64,000 nucleotides of DNA from Octopus sinensis (taxonomy: Eukaryota), in assembly GCF_006345805.1 (NCBI RefSeq), contig NC_043010.1, positions 47,616,001 to 47,680,000 of the forward strand, written 5' to 3'. Made by a program: the position numbers and the translations under genes. Under the pieces are notes generated by a model. That model saw nothing but the letters and a program-made list of their open reading frames with translations, was not told the origin of the DNA and ran no database searches. Below are positions 13,335 through 27,955 of this stretch, one piece after another; position 1 is the first letter of the stretch, and each line of letters starts with the position of its first letter.

Positions 13335-13865
13335 TGGGTGGAATTCTGGTTTAAGCACCCCATATAAACCCTCATAACTTTTTTATTTTTTTGGCATTTT
13401 CAGAAATTTTTTTACGAATTTGTGTTCTACACACAGGAATTCATACAATTATGCAAAAAACATTTTTGGATGATTTAAGGACAATTTAGATGTTATTTCT
13501 AGCACATCTCATGACCACCTAATACCTTCCTTGTTTCTTTGTCATTTTGACATGTATTGATGTTTTTTTATATTTTTCTCCCCATAAACACATTTAATAG
13601 AATGATGTTGCACCTAAGAGCAGTCAATTGCTGGGATTTAAACAAAATATTTGGCCTGTCTGTATTTTAAACACTGATTAAAAAAAAATTTGAAAATGAG
13701 TGGAACTTTTAGGATTTATGGGATGTGGGGTGGACAGTTAAAAAAAATCATAATTTGAATTCCTGTGCATAGAACACAAATTTGGAAACATTTTCTGAAA
13801 GTTCCAAAAAAATATAAGCATTATGAGGAGTTATATGGGGTGCTTAAAGTAGGATTTTGTCATAC
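13335..13865. mobile_element. MITE with ~110-bp imperfect TIRs
   Basis: TTTAAGCACCCCATATAA...CAGGAATTCA is mirrored by TGAATTCCTG...TTATATGGGGTGCTTAAA. Confidence 0.65.
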
Positions 13866-13957
13866 ATTGTTGACGGAATTGTGTTTTGTATTATCCTTCC
13901 TCTTATTATTCAGCCAACCTGTTACTAGTTAAGAATCTGTGTAGGATATATTGTTAA

Positions 13958-14350
13958 CTAGCAGTGTTGCCCGGCGTTGCTTGGGTTTGTTTCGACCCTT
14001 TAGAATTGGAATTTTTGAAAAGTAAAAATTTTGCATTATGTAGCTTGTTATTCTCTTTAAGTGAACATTTTTCTGGTTGAAATACACCGAAAAGTGGCGA
14101 CACAGCAGTAAAAAATCGTAATAAATTAGGCATTTTCATAGAAAAAAAAAGCACCGTTTTCATGTAAATAATTGTTAACATGGTCCGATTTGAATTTTTT
14201 CTTCTACGGAAGGAAGAGCAAGCCTTCTTCTATCATACTCTCAATTTTGGTCAACTTGTGCCGCAGGGTCTCAGGGGAAATAGTGTTAGTTGAAGGTTAC
14301 CAAACCTGCCATACACAGACAACTTCAGCTTTATATAGAGAGAGATAGAG
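13958..14350 (-). mobile_element. Non-autonomous Helitron (second family)
   Basis: Reverse complement of 62909-63299; CTAG end with subterminal hairpin. Confidence 0.75.
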
Positions 14351-14802
14351 ATTTAAAAAAAATATACTAAAGAAAGCAGAGTTACCTACCTTGTCTCAGA
14401 GACGTACACCATAGTTTTATGATTTACTGTTTAGTCATCCACCCAGCATACTAATCTTGTCACAATGATCATATCTATAAGATATGCATTGGTGTCTACA
14501 AGACATTTATTGTGTTTATCAGATATTCATCCCAATTGCCCTTATAAGACATTTAATTGTCTATAAAAAAATAATTCTGTCTATAAGCCTTGGATTCAGT
14601 CCCGTCACACTGTGGCATCTTGGGCAAATGTCTTCTACTATATATGCACAGGTGTGGCTGTCTGATATGAAATTTGCTTCTCACCCACATGGTTTCAGGT
14701 TCAGTATGTACCCTGGGCAAACGTCTTCTAATATGACCCTGGGCCAACCAATTCCTTATGTATGGATTTGGTAGTTGGAAACTGAAAGAAGCCCATTGTG
14801 TG

Positions 14803-14876
<74 letters not shown>

Positions 14877-14878
14877 TA

Positions 14879-15262
14879 TCTCTCTCTATATAAACGGCAG
14901 TTTGTCTGTGCGTTTTCTGTGTGTCTGTTTTCTCGTACCCTCACTCTGACCACGGCTTTCAACCGATTCTGATGAAACTTGACACACACATAGCCCAATG
15001 TCATAATTCAAAACTAACGCAGCGAAAATTTTGAAAAGTTCCCCCAGTTCTGAAAAAAATCGATAAATTCGACATGGGGTCGAGAATCAGAAACCCAAAC
15101 CACAGACCGTCTAGGGGACGCAACTCCACCTTTTTTAACTCTCAAAAAAAATTTACCATCATTTTTTTTCCATTTTTTTGCTATTTTTTGGCTATAACTC
15201 TCTAAAAATGCTTTATAGTTATTTCCCTTACAAACCTGAGCAACGCCGGGCGATACTGCTAG
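14879..15262 (+). mobile_element. Non-autonomous Helitron
   Basis: 5' TC...TATATAAA start; 3' hairpin CCTGAGCAACGCCGGG then CTAG-T; no TSD. Confidence 0.75.
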
Positions 15263-15517
15263 TATATATATATACACACACACACACACATATATGTATA
15301 CATATACATATATTTTATTCTTTTATTTGTGTCAGTCATTTGACTGCGGCCATGCTGGAGCACCGCCTTTTAGTCAAAGAAATGGCCCCCAGGACTTATT
15401 CTTTGTAAGCCTGGTACTTATTCTATCGATCTCTTTTGTTGAACCGCTAACTTACAGGGATGTAAACACACCAAGATCAGTTGTCAAGCAGTGGTGGGGG
15501 AACAAAGAAACACATAA

Positions 15518-15548
<31 letters not shown>

Positions 15549-17254
15549 AACGGTAATTATTTCTACGCCAGCTGCTATGTTGTTGTTGTTTTGTCTCATT
15601 TGGTCTAAAGTCGTATGACAACCACCATTATATATATTTTGTTTATTCATTACTGTTTTCAATTTCGTTTTCGTCTCTTGTATTCACATCCGTCTGTGCG
15701 TTCACATTCCTGTCTTCTACCAAGAAATCTAATGCTTACAGCTTAGTTTTTTTTCTTGGGGCTGGCCGAGTTGGAGCAAATATCAGAATTGAACAGCCGA
15801 AATTTGCTATGATGATTCGGTGTCTGACTGAAGATTGAAGGCTTCGAATGATTTGTCTGTGTTCCGTGTTCGTCCCTTCCTGTATTTCACGTTCATTATA
15901 TATAAAAACATTCATTCTTATATATATATATATATATAAAATTAGAAAATGCAGATAACATAGATTATCCGGTACATCGATTGGACCACATTTAAAGCTT
16001 GTTTATTGATAACCTATGTTTTTCCCCATTTTCTTCTATAGCCTCAGGCTGACCAAAGCCTTGTGAGTAGAGATGGTAGGCAGAAACTGAGAAAAGCCTA
16101 TATATATGTCTGTGTGTGTGTGTGTGCCTTTATATCTGTTTGTCTCCACACTACTGCTTGATAACTGATGTTGGTGTGTTCACATCCCCATATCTTAGCA
16201 ATTCAACAAGAGAAACTGATAGAATGAGTACCAGGCTTAACAAAAAAAATAAGTACTGAGGTCGATTAATTCAACTAAAAATTCTTCAAGGCGATGCCTC
16301 AACATGGTCTCAGTCTTATGATTGAAACAAAAATTTTTTTTTATACATGTGTGTGTGTTTGTATATGTATGTATGCACACACATACATACACACACACAC
16401 ACACATGTATATGCTGTGTGTGTGTGTGTGTGTGTGTGTGTATGGATGTACGTATATATTTAACACACACACTCTCTCCTTTCTTTAATACTTAATTCTC
16501 TTTTCATACTTTCTCCTGAATATCTATATTGCACCTGATTACTAACTATATATAAACACTTCATCTAAATGTACAATTTACGTGGCTCCACACAGGCACT
16601 TTTATGTGTGTATATATGTATGTATCAATGAATGTATACATATATGTATATGTGTGTGTCTGTATGAATGTCTGTATTGTATGTATGTATGTATGTGTAT
16701 TTGTCCCCACCACCACTTCATGACCAGTGTTAGTATTAGTAATCTCCCCATTACTTAGCAGTTCAGTAAAAGAGACTGATATAAGTACCAGGTTTTAAAA
16801 TATAAGTTCTGACATCAATTTGTTCAACTAAACCCATCGAGGTTGTGCCTCAGCATGACTACAGTAATGACAGAAACAAGTAAAAGATGTGTGTGTGTGT
16901 ATGTGTGTGTCTATGTTTGTATTTGTCCCTCACTACCACTTGATCACTGGTGTTGGTTTGTTTATGTGTCTGTAACTTACCATTCGGCGAAAGAAGAAAC
17001 CAACAGAACAAGTATCAGGCCTCAATTTGATTTTGACTAAATCCTTCAAGATGGTGCCCCAGCATGGCCGCAGCCCAATGACTGAAACAAGTAAAAGATG
17101 GAAAAAATATTAAAAAAATTTAACTAAGACATTGCAAACTAGTTTTGTAGTGTGTCCTCATTTCCCTCATTATCACCAACCTCATTTTTGCTCTGATTAT
17201 TACACTTATCATAATCCTTAATATTGTAAGCATGAAATTTCCCACGCTTTTTCT

Positions 17255-17365
<111 letters not shown>

Positions 17366-17392
17366 ACTACTACTACTACTACTACTACTACT

Positions 17393-17426
<34 letters not shown>

Positions 17427-17954
17427 GTTGTTGTTGTTATTGTCTCAGAGTAACAATAAATTTTCAGTAAAATGGAATCTTATAATTTGGTTTTGTCATC
17501 AGTCACGATAACTTCATGTTGCTAATATACTTACTGTGATCCGAAATGGAATATTGCTCCTACATTTGTGAGGGTGATCCTTGGAATTTGTATGTGCACT
17601 CACACACACACACACACACACACACTCTCTCTCTTTCTCTCTCTCTTACACACGCACACCCTTTCTTTCTCTTAAACACACACACACTCGCACACACTCT
17701 CTCTCTCTCATACACACACACAGACTCCATCACATATACACACACTTTCACACATACACACACACACACACTCTCACATATACACACTCTTTCTCTCTTC
17801 TCTCACATACACTCACATACACACTTTCTCTCACATACACTCTCTCTCTTTCTCTTTCTTCTCTCTTTCTCTTTCTTCTCTCTCTCTCTGACACACATGC
17901 ACACACACACACACACACACTCAGCTAGAGAAGGCACATTTTTCTCCACAAAAA

Positions 17955-18165
17955 GGTGGCAAGCTGACAGAAATGTTAGCACGCCAGGTGAAATGCTTAG
18001 TGATATTTTGTCTGTCTTTACATTCTGAGTTCAAATTCCGAGGTCAGCTTTGCCTTTCATCCTTTCGGAGTCAATAAATTAAGTACCAGTTGCATACTGG
18101 GGTTGATCTAATTGACTGGCCTCCTCCCCAAAAATTTTGGGCCTTGTACCTAGAGTAGAAAAGAT
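17955..18165 (+). mobile_element. Nin-domain-like SINE
   Basis: GCCTTTCATCCTTTCGGAGTCAATAAATTAAGTACCAG; copies at 7378, 8745 (-), 9003 (-), 27043 and 38630 (-). Confidence 0.65.
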
Positions 18166-18473
18166 TCTTCCCCATAAACATATAAGACCAGCATTGAATT
18201 TTGTTGGTGCTAGCGATGATGATGAGGATGAGAATGATGTGTTTATCTACTTATTTACTTAATTAGTCATAATTAATTCCTATTAGATAATTAATTAAAA
18301 ATTATTGTAATTGATTCATGTAATTCATACACGATAATAAAATTAATGCATTCAGAATTATTAGTAAACTTTTGAAAAACCTTTCTCTGTGTCATTTGTT
18401 TTTCTTTCTCATCCGCGAACTTTTAATAAACCAATGCATGCTTTCTCTGTGTCTTTTTTTTTTATTTCTTCAG

Positions 18474-18607
18474 GTGAGCTATATTCTTGGCCTGAAGAAC
18501 AGTGCTGTGTTTTTGTCAGTGTATGATATGGATGGAAAAGAACTTAAAGTAGTTGAATCTAAAAGTAAAACAAAACCAGAGGTTTGGTACAAGTTTGGAA
18601 TCCAAAG
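18474..18607 (+). CDS. Laminin alpha-like exon, LG1
   Basis: Polypyrimidine + CAG; VSYILGLKNSAVFLSVYDMDGKELKVVESKSKTKPEVWYKFGIQR (LamG W-x-x-hydrophobic-x-hydrophobic-x-R); donor AG|GTAAC, phase 2. Confidence 0.85.
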
Positions 18608-18920
18608 GTAACATTTTCTAATAATTGCTTATATCATATACTTTCTAAGACTATCTCAGACCCCCTTCGGTCACGACACAGATCATGAGATTGCACCTAA
18701 AAAGTTACCCTCCAAGGCACAAGTCCAAGCAAAGTTGTTTATGGAAGACCAGCAGTCGCCCATGCAAAACGGGCTCCCCTCTCCACGCCACCAGTGTTAT
18801 CCAAGGGAAAGGCAACGGCCGATACAGCTTCCATAAACCTTACAATTGTGAATCAAATACCCTAACCACTAAACTATGTGTCAGAATGGGAAAGAGAAAA
18901 ATGACAAAAAGAAGCAGACA

Positions 18921-19099
18921 GGCGCAGGAGTGGCTGTGTGGTAAGTAGCTTGTTACCAACCACATGGTTTCGGGTTCAGTCCACTGCGTGGCACCTTGGG
19001 CAAGTGTCTTCTACATATAGCCTCGGGCCCCGACCAAAGCCTGTGTGAGTAAATTTGGTAGACGGAAACTGAAAGAAGCCCGTTGTTATATGTATATAT

Positions 19100-19150
<51 letters not shown>

Positions 19151-19365
19151 GGTGTGTGTGTGTGTGTGTGTGTTTGTCCCCCTAGCATTGCTTGACAACT
19201 GATGCTGGTGTGTTTATGTCCCCGTCACTTAGCAGTTCGGCAAAGGAGACCGATAGAATAAGTACTCGGCTTACAAAGAATAAGTCCCAGGGTTGAGTTG
19301 CTCGATTAAAGGCGGTGCTCCAGCATGGCCACAGTCAAATGACTGAAACAAGTAAAAGAGAGAGA
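18921..19365 (+). mobile_element. Full-length copy of the main tRNA-derived SINE
   Basis: A/B-box-like head TGGCTGTGTGG...GGTTCAGTCC; same body as 6481. Other + copies near 22830, 27186, 50713, 53750, 63550. Confidence 0.85.
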
Positions 19366-19696
19366 GACATGAAATAAGGCCTCCACTATCAATGACTACT
19401 CAGCTTGGTTGCCCTAAACACTTCCTATAAATAAAGGAGCATTCTATTCAGAAGGAAAGTTCTCATGCTATTAACACTACAGTCAGTAACTTGCTGAATT
19501 CTTATAGATAATGTGAGAAATGTCTAACACACTCACATAGACATTTGCATTCATGCACACACACACTCAGATATACATGGTTTACACACATACTTAAGGA
19601 TGCTCACTCATGTAAACAGAAACACACACACACACAAGGGTGAGTCAGAAAATATTGCAATTTTTATTTGCTTTACTTTCTGGCTCATCTTCATTT

Positions 19697-19733
<37 letters not shown>

Positions 19734-19739
19734 ATTAAT

Positions 19740-20425
19740 CAATATAGGGTGGTGAAAAAAATTTTGTAGAATTCTTTTGCCACCCGGGCCTAGTGGGAAA
19801 AAATTAAATAGTCATAGACCATTTTTAAGTTCAACATCAACAATCAAGGAACGGCCATAATAGGCCATTCACCACTAGAAATAACAGCCAAAGCTTCAAC
19901 CGCAAATAAAGATCAATTCCGTAAACAGGAGAAAATTTAAAAAAACATTTACCCTGTAATTTCTTGTACGATGCACCGTTTCGTCTGCTGTTAATGGTAA
20001 ACTAACCTGATTAAATTAAATCAAGCCAATCTTCCATAGGCCCTCAGATTCTTCAGCAAGAAATAGCCAAGTCGGAACAGATATTTTCACGAGGCATTTC
20101 CGACCTTGCCAAGGCAATATCTGACCTAAAATTTTCAAATCGTCGCACTCGCGCCAAATTTATCGGCAGCAAATAAATATAAGCCGTCGATTCCATTACG
20201 GAATTAACCAGAAAATTCATAATTAATCAATATAGGCTTAATTTAATCAGGTTAGTTTACCATTAAACAGCAGACGAAACGGTGCATCGTACAAGAAATT
20301 ACAGGGTAAATGTTTTTTTTAATTTTCTCCTGTTTACGGAATTGATCTTTATTTGCGGTTGAAGCTTTGGCTGTTATTTCTAGTGGGTGAATGGCCTATT
20401 ATGGCCGTTCCTTGATTGTTGATAT
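19740..20425. mobile_element. Penelope-like inverted pLTR structure
   Basis: 19840-20020 is the reverse complement of 20240-20420; contains a hammerhead motif; flanked by (TA)n. Confidence 0.65.
19963..20060 (-). ncRNA. Type I hammerhead ribozyme motif with long stem II insert
   Basis: Minus strand cuug-CUGAAGA-aucug...cagac-GAAA-cggugcaucg-UA-caag. Confidence 0.65.
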
Positions 20426-20481
20426 ATATATATATATATATATAATATATATATATATCAAATATATTTGTGTGTATGTTG

Positions 20482-20525
<44 letters not shown>

Positions 20526-22217
20526 CATATATATATATATATGTTGATGTTAGGAAGGCCATCCAGCTATAGAAATCATGCCAAAGCTGATACTGTCCAA
20601 CTATCCGATTCGTGCCACCATGGAAAGTGGACATTAAATGATGATGATGGTGGTGGCAGTGTCAGCAGCAGCAGCAGTGACGAAGATGATGATGATAATG
20701 ATGTATTATTATCCTCATCATCATCATCATCATCATCATTTAGCGTCCGTTTTCCATGCTCATATATTATTAATTTTTACAAGGAAAATGGTTGACATCA
20801 ACTTTGAAGTTTCGGATTGCGCACCATCATCACACTGTTATCATTATAGACTAGCCGCTAGCAAACCGAAACTTTGAAGTTACTGCCAGAAAATGAACTT
20901 TACTAAAAGGAATCAATTAATCCTCTAGTTTCATGTGAAATTGTTTTTATGTATAACTTCTCATAAAACAAGCATTTATCAATCCATCCAACCAACCAAC
21001 CAAGCAAAGGAGGGTATCTATGGACAACTGCTTTGAAACCTCCAGCTTCTATATACAGACTATGAATTCATATTCATATCAAATTGGAGCACTATGTTTT
21101 GTTAGTAAATGCTTAAAGGATAATCTGGATAAACTGGGATTTTCAGGAAGAGAAATTGACCGGCCGATCTGTACATTACAAGTCCAATCTGTGAGTGGAA
21201 CAGTAAAAATATGCAAGGCTTTTCTCAAGTTCCAAATGTGAATTTGTCTGTGTTAACTACATCTCAAAGATGGATCCTTCTGTCTTTGTTGGAGACCGAC
21301 TCCCTCTTTAGTGGAAGATTTATAATAATTAAAAAATAGAATAGATATACATGCCTACATGTGTGTGTGTGTAATGTCATCATCATCATCATCATCATCA
21401 CTTAACATCTATTTTTTGTGCTGGCATGGTATCGGACAGCTTGACAAGAACTGGCAAAGCCAGGGGCTACACCCATTTCCATAGTTTGTTTTGGCTTGGT
21501 CTCTACAGCTGGATGCCCTTCCTAATGCTAACCACTCCACAGAGTGTACTGGATACATTTTGCATGGCACCATCACTAGTGTTTTTTGTGTGGGACCAGC
21601 CCTCACACCAATGCTTTTCATGTGGCATCTTGGTTTCAAGATATCAACTGCGTTGCGGTGAGTGGGTCTTCTTGAATACACCAATACACCACATATCTTG
21701 GTCCTGTTGTCTCCTTCATAAAGCTCAGCATTTTGAGATCAACCTCCATTACTTTATCTCATGTCTCCCTGGGTCTCCCTCTTCCGCAACTTCCCTCCAC
21801 TGTAAGTGATTGGCACTTCTTTATGCAACTGTCCTCATCTATCCACGCTTAAAACTGACCCTACATTGGTTATGACAATGAGTGTCCCTGTTCATCCAAT
21901 CAATGGAGCAGCCTGCTCATGGAATTAATGTGCAAGTGGCGGAGCACTTCACAGACATGCCTAAAACTTAATATAATTTTCAGGGAGATTCAGCATGATA
22001 CGGGCCACTGTTGGGTATTGAAATCATGACCTTACAATCTTGAACTGAATACTGTAACCGCTAAGCCACATGCCTTCACACATACATCTAAGACTCAGTC
22101 ATTCATATATTTGTCAATAGACTGGGTAAATGTATATATTTATAAATGTATAAAGTATTATTGATTCATTTCAGCCTATCTTCTAATTTGGTTTCGCTTT
22201 GGCTGTGAGATAACTTG

Positions 22218-22295
<78 letters not shown>

Positions 22296-22420
22296 CCTTT
22301 CTCTCCCCCTTTCTCTCTCTCTCTCCCTTTCTCTCTCTCTTTCTCTCTCTTCCTCCCTCCCCCCTCTCTCTCACATACACACACACACTTATACATGTGT
22401 ATACTTCTTAATTTTTCTAG

Positions 22421-22571
22421 AATTGGTCGAAACTTCAGCGTGACAATCAGCCCCATTTCAGCTGCAGCTCAAACAAATAAAGAAGTTGTTAAAATATTTC
22501 TCCCAAAAATAAATGCTGAGTACACAGCTCCTTCAGTTGCTTATGTTGGTGGTTATCCTGAGGAATTATGG
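22421..22571 (+). CDS. Laminin alpha-like exon, LG1
   Basis: TTTTCTAG acceptor; (R)IGRNFSVTIS...SVAYVGGYPEELW contains the LamG YVGGxP motif; donor GTAAGA. Confidence 0.9.
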
Positions 22572-23770
22572 GTAAGATTATATATTTTTCTATAGCAGGT
22601 CACGTGTACTTTAGATATTGTTACTGTGTCTATGCAAGGGACACTATCAGAAGATATATAGTGATGTGTTAATAGCATACTTCTACACACTTTCATATGT
22701 TATATCTTCTAAGCTATTTATAAACATTTTTAGTTTGTCACTTGGCAAGTGGTACATTGTGCAAGATAACAGAGCCTACAGTCCACAGTTGATTTAGCAC
22801 TTTATTATATTTAGCACTGTTATATAGGTACAGGTATGGATGTGTGGTAAGAGGCTTCCTTCCCAACTACATGGTCCTGGGTTCAGTTCCACTGCATGGT
22901 ACCTTGGGCAAGTGTCTTCTTCTATAGATCCAAGGTTGAACAAAGCCTTGTGAGTAGGTTTGGTAGGTGGAAACGGAAAGAAGCCAGTAGTCTCTGTGTA
23001 TGTGTGTGTGTGTGTGTGTGTGTGTTTGTCCCCCAATACCACTTGACAACTGGGGTTGGTGTGTTTACATCCCCTTAACTTAGCAGTTCAGCAAAAGAGA
23101 ACAATAGAATAAGTACCAGGCTTAACAAAAAATAAGTACTGGGGTAGAGTCATTTGATTAAAAATTCTTCAAGGCGGTACCCCAGCATGGCCACAGTCTA
23201 ATGATTGAAACAAGTAAAAAAAAAAAAATACAAGATTTCATTGGAGGTTTGCTTATGATACCTAACCAATGCCCTACCCCCCACCCACCCAAAAAAAAGC
23301 AAAGAAGTTACATTGCCTCCACAATTTTATATTTTCATATTCTTTAAAGGGTACATCTGATTATATAAAGTTAGCAAAATCGATTCCGTTTATTGCATAA
23401 GTGTATCTATCACACACACAGTTTATTTAAACAGAATTCTTTTTCATTGATATACTGTGTTATATTTGAATATATGCATGTGTGAGTACTTTACATACAT
23501 ATTAATCTATCTATATATATATGTGTGTATATGTATACACACCCACAAACACATACAAATGTATGCATAAATGTATTCTTAAATAAGAATGCTGTTGACA
23601 GTGATTTTGAAGTTTTGGCCAACTAAAGCCCTCGTCAGACTGGCCAAAACTTCAGCCACTGTCAACGACATTCTTGCAAAAGAATAATAAATTTGTACTC
23701 TAAAATAAGTATAGAGCAACCTCCAGATTAATGTAAAATTATTTTTATATAACTGAACATAAAAACAAAC

Positions 23771-23807
<37 letters not shown>

Positions 23808-23929
23808 TATATATATATGGGCTGGGAGCTTTCCTGAGCCAGCAGGGTGGCGTCATTGAAGGCTAAAACATTGCGAATGCATTGTGACCAGCGATGTGTA
23901 ACAACATCTGATGGTCTGGTCGTAAAAAA

Positions 23930-25130
23930 AATATATATATATATATATATAGTATATACATATATATGTATATATTATACACATATATATGTATATATTA
24001 TATACATATATGTATAGATTATATACATATATATGTATATACTATATACACTATATGTATATATTATATACATATATATGTATATATTACATACATATAT
24101 ATTATATACATGATGATGATGATGATGATATATATATATATATTATATTATATATATATATATATATTGTATATATATATATATATATTGTATATATATA
24201 TATATATTTTATACATATATTTTTATATTATATATACATATATTATATATATATATATTTTATACATATATTTTTATATTATATATACATATATATATAT
24301 GTATATATATATATATTATACATATATTTTTATATTATATATCATATATATATATGTATATTATATATATTTTATACATATATTTTTATATTATATATAA
24401 TATATATATATGTATATATATTATATATATATATACTTTATTAATATATATATATATATATATCTATATAATATATATTATATCATATATATATATCATA
24501 TATATATATCTCTATATATATTATTATATAATTTATATATATATATTATATATATAATAATATATATTTCGTTTTGGGATTTGGTTTGCAAGATTCTTTA
24601 TATGAGTTCATGTGTTGAAGCATATTCCGTTGTGTCTGGGGAGAGTCATTTTCTTTTTGTGCCTTATAATTTAACACACTCACCAGTAAAATTTCCACTT
24701 ATTTCTTATTTTTATTTTCCTAAAATTTTTGTTGCGTCTTGCAACCTTTTCAATAGTCTTGACTCTGTATATTATTTACACTGTGTTCCTTTTTGTTTGT
24801 TTGTGCACATGTTTGTGGGTCAGTGTGTGTGTGTGTGTACCTATGCATGTATGTATGTTTGTATGTGTGTATGTATGTATGGATGTGTATGTATGTATGG
24901 ATGTGTATGTATGTATATATGTGTTTGTATGCATATGTATATATGTATGTATGTGTGCATCTGTATGTATGTATTCTGCATATTCATGTGCTTGTATGTC
25001 TGTGTTTGTGTATTTTCTATGTACGAGTGTGTGTGAGCATTTGTTTGTATATGTATGCACCTCTGTCTCCTTGTGTGTACATGTCTGTGTGTGTGTGTGT
25101 GTGTCTGTGTCTGTGTGTTTTGCAACTATG
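23930..25130. repeat. Long degenerate (TA)n and (TATG/TG)n low-complexity block
   Basis: Directly visible; interrupted by a Penelope-like fragment at 24565-24760. Confidence 0.9.
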
Positions 25131-25518
25131 TACCATGATTGTATGTATGGATGTGCATCTCTATATGTGTGGACCCATGTCTCCATAGTGTCCTTGTGTG
25201 GAATAAAGTGTGTGTGTATATATGGTCATGTGTTTCAGTTTCCATTTGCGTATGTGTGCTTGTCTATTCATATAACCTATGTACCTATCCATCTGTATGT
25301 TGAGCTGTTTATTTTGATATCCATATGCTTACATACAAAAAAAAATACATGTGCATACACACATACTCACACACACATACATACATCTATCTGCATAACA
25401 GTCCACTAACTATTCTACTCTACCTGTGTAAACTGTGGGTATGGAGGTATGATATCTACTATGTATATTTCCTATTTAGTATTGGTGGGGTTTTATTTAT
25501 AAGGTCGTACTCCCATAT

Positions 25519-26049
25519 TTGTCTGAGTGTTGGGTCTTTTGGGTGCTTGGATACGATGCAGATGTAGAGGCCACAGCCCATGGAGAACTAACCCGCAGAT
25601 TTAGAAAAGCTCTGAAGGAGACCAAACTCAACATTAAGATTGTTGAAAAGCCTGGGAACTCCATCAGATCACAACTGTATAGGACGTACCCATTTGAGAA
25701 AACCATATGCACCAATGATAACTGCATGGTATATAGGATTAGCCCTGGCATTGACTGTAGAACTCGAAATGTAATTTACAGCATAAGATGCATAGAAGGT
25801 GCTTGTAAAGACATGAACATGACATACATAGGGGAGACATCTAGGAGCATTGCGGAACAGATAAATGATAATCTAAGACAATATGACGACAAAAAACAGT
25901 CCTCGATACTCTACCAATATGCCAAAGACCATCATGGAGGCAAGTTGGGTCAACTTGACATCCGCATCTTATCCAAGTACCCAAAAGACCCAACACTCAG
26001 ACAAATGCGGGAGTACGACCTTATAAATGAACCCCCCCACCAATACTAA
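25519..26049 (+). mobile_element. Penelope-like element remnant, GIY-YIG endonuclease region
   Basis: CRTRNVIYSIRC...YIGETSRSIAEQINDNL: VIY...YIG motif with upstream Cys cluster typical of Penelope-like element endonucleases. Confidence 0.85.
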
Positions 26050-26332
26050 ATAGGAAATATATAAAGTCAAAGTAATTTAATGAAAATTAATTTGAAAATG
26101 CATCATTTAAAACCAAAATTAAAAATTCCACAAGAACTTTCTTGACAACCTAATATATATATATATATAAATGTATGCATGTTTCCCTTGTCTAGGCAAC
26201 TTATGTATGTATGTTTGTGTGTGTGGGTGTTGTATGTGTGACTGTGTATGTATGTGTATGTAAGAATGTGTGATTCATTCAACTATAGAAAACTCTTTTC
26301 CATACATATTTGATATTCTTTATCAATAACAG

Positions 26333-26451
26333 AAAAACAAATTAAAACAGCTGGAAGGTTGTGTGGGGTCTCTTGATGTTGATGGACATGCTATGTCTCT
26401 GATGCAGCCTTTTTCAGATGGTTCTCAGCCTACACCTTGTACACATGGATG
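26333..26451 (+). CDS. Laminin alpha-like exon, end of LG1
   Basis: KNKLKQLEGCVGSLDVDGHAMSLMQPFSDGSQPTPCTHG contains the LamG GC...C motif; donor TG|GTAAGC, phase 2. Not in the supplied ORF track in this frame. Confidence 0.85.
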
Positions 26452-26791
26452 GTAAGCAGTTTACTTATTTTATTTTATTTTATTTTTGGATTGGTTTCTA
26501 TGGCTGGATCTCCTTCCTAATGCTAGCCACTCCAGAGAGCGTACTGGGTGTTTTTATTTTTTGTTTTTTGTTTTTTTTATGTGGCACCAGAACCCACTCT
26601 AATGCTTTTAAGAAAAGGGTTATATACAGAATTAAATCTGCAATGTTCTTCTGATCTCTCACCAGTTTTATAAAAATCATAAAAGTATTGGGAGATTATT
26701 TTAAATATCATGTAGTTATTATTTTATTCTTAATTAGATACATAATAATTAACAATTCTAAATCCATTTTGTGTTGTTTCTTGTTCCACAG

Positions 26792-26936
26792 TGGTGACAA
26801 TTCTTCAATGGTCTTCGAAGGTAATGGTTTTGCAGAATTTCACATTGATGATATCCTGAAGACTGGTTTAACATCAGTTCAGCTTACCTTCAAGACATAT
26901 CAAACAGATGCTTTGCTTTTATTTCTGAAGAATACA
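26792..26936 (+). CDS. Laminin alpha-like exon, start of LG2
   Basis: GDNSSMVFEGNGFAEF...VQLTFKTYQTDALLLFLKNT, classic LamG FxGxGF and FKT..DALLL motifs; CAG and GTAAGT sites. Confidence 0.92.
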
Positions 26937-27341
26937 GTAAGTGCTTTTTGATCATTTTTTTTTTTTTAAGGAAGTTTTTCTTTACTTCTGTTTTTGCTAA
27001 AAGCAAACAAGTTATACAGAGTAATAGACCTAAGAACATTCAGGCAGCAAGCTGACAGAATTGTTAGCTTGCTGGGCAAAATAAAATGCTTAACAGTATT
27101 TCGTCCATCTTTATGTTCTGGGTTCAAATTCCGTAAAGATCACCTTTGCCTTTCATCTTTCCTGGAGTTGATAAAATAAGTACCAGGAGTGGCTGTGTGG
27201 TAAGTAGCCTGCTAACCAACTACATGGTTCCAGGTTCAGTCCCACTGCGTGGCACCTTGGGCAAGTGTCTTCTACTCTAGCCTCAGGCCAACCAAAGCCT
27301 TGTGAGTGGATTTGGTAGATGGAAACTGAAGGAATCCCATC

Positions 27342-27386
<45 letters not shown>

Positions 27387-27911
27387 CATGTATATGTGTG
27401 TGTATATGTTTGTGTGTCTGTGTCCTCCAACATCGCTTGACATTGATGCTGGTGTGTTTACGTCCCCGTAACTCAGTGAGACTGATGGAATAAGTACTGG
27501 GCTTACAAAGAATAAGTCCTGGGGTCAATTTGTTCAACTAAAGGCAATGCTCCAGCATGGCCTCAGTCAAAATGACTGAAACGAATAATAGAATTGAACA
27601 CTGGGGTCAATGTAATAGACTTACTTCCCTAAAATAGTGGACCTTGTGCCAAAATTTGAAACCAATATACAGAAGAATATTAGTCTATATAATTTGTTTG
27701 TATATTTATTTTGTTTATGCTACCTGTCTGTGTATCTACATACCTACATATCTACCTACTTAATTATGTACCTCTCTTCCTAGCTACTGTACAGTTACAT
27801 AGATCCCCAAATGCCCACTTATTGCGAAACACATCTACTTATAGACAAAACTATTTTTTAATCTAGCTAGTCATCTCTCTCCCTCTTTCTCTCTCTCTCT
27901 CTCTTTTTCTC

Positions 27912-27955
<44 letters not shown>

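Noticed and set aside
15550-15900. Possible hammerhead at CTGAAGA (~15828)
   Set aside because: No properly placed GAAA or stems; probably a decayed Penelope-like fragment.
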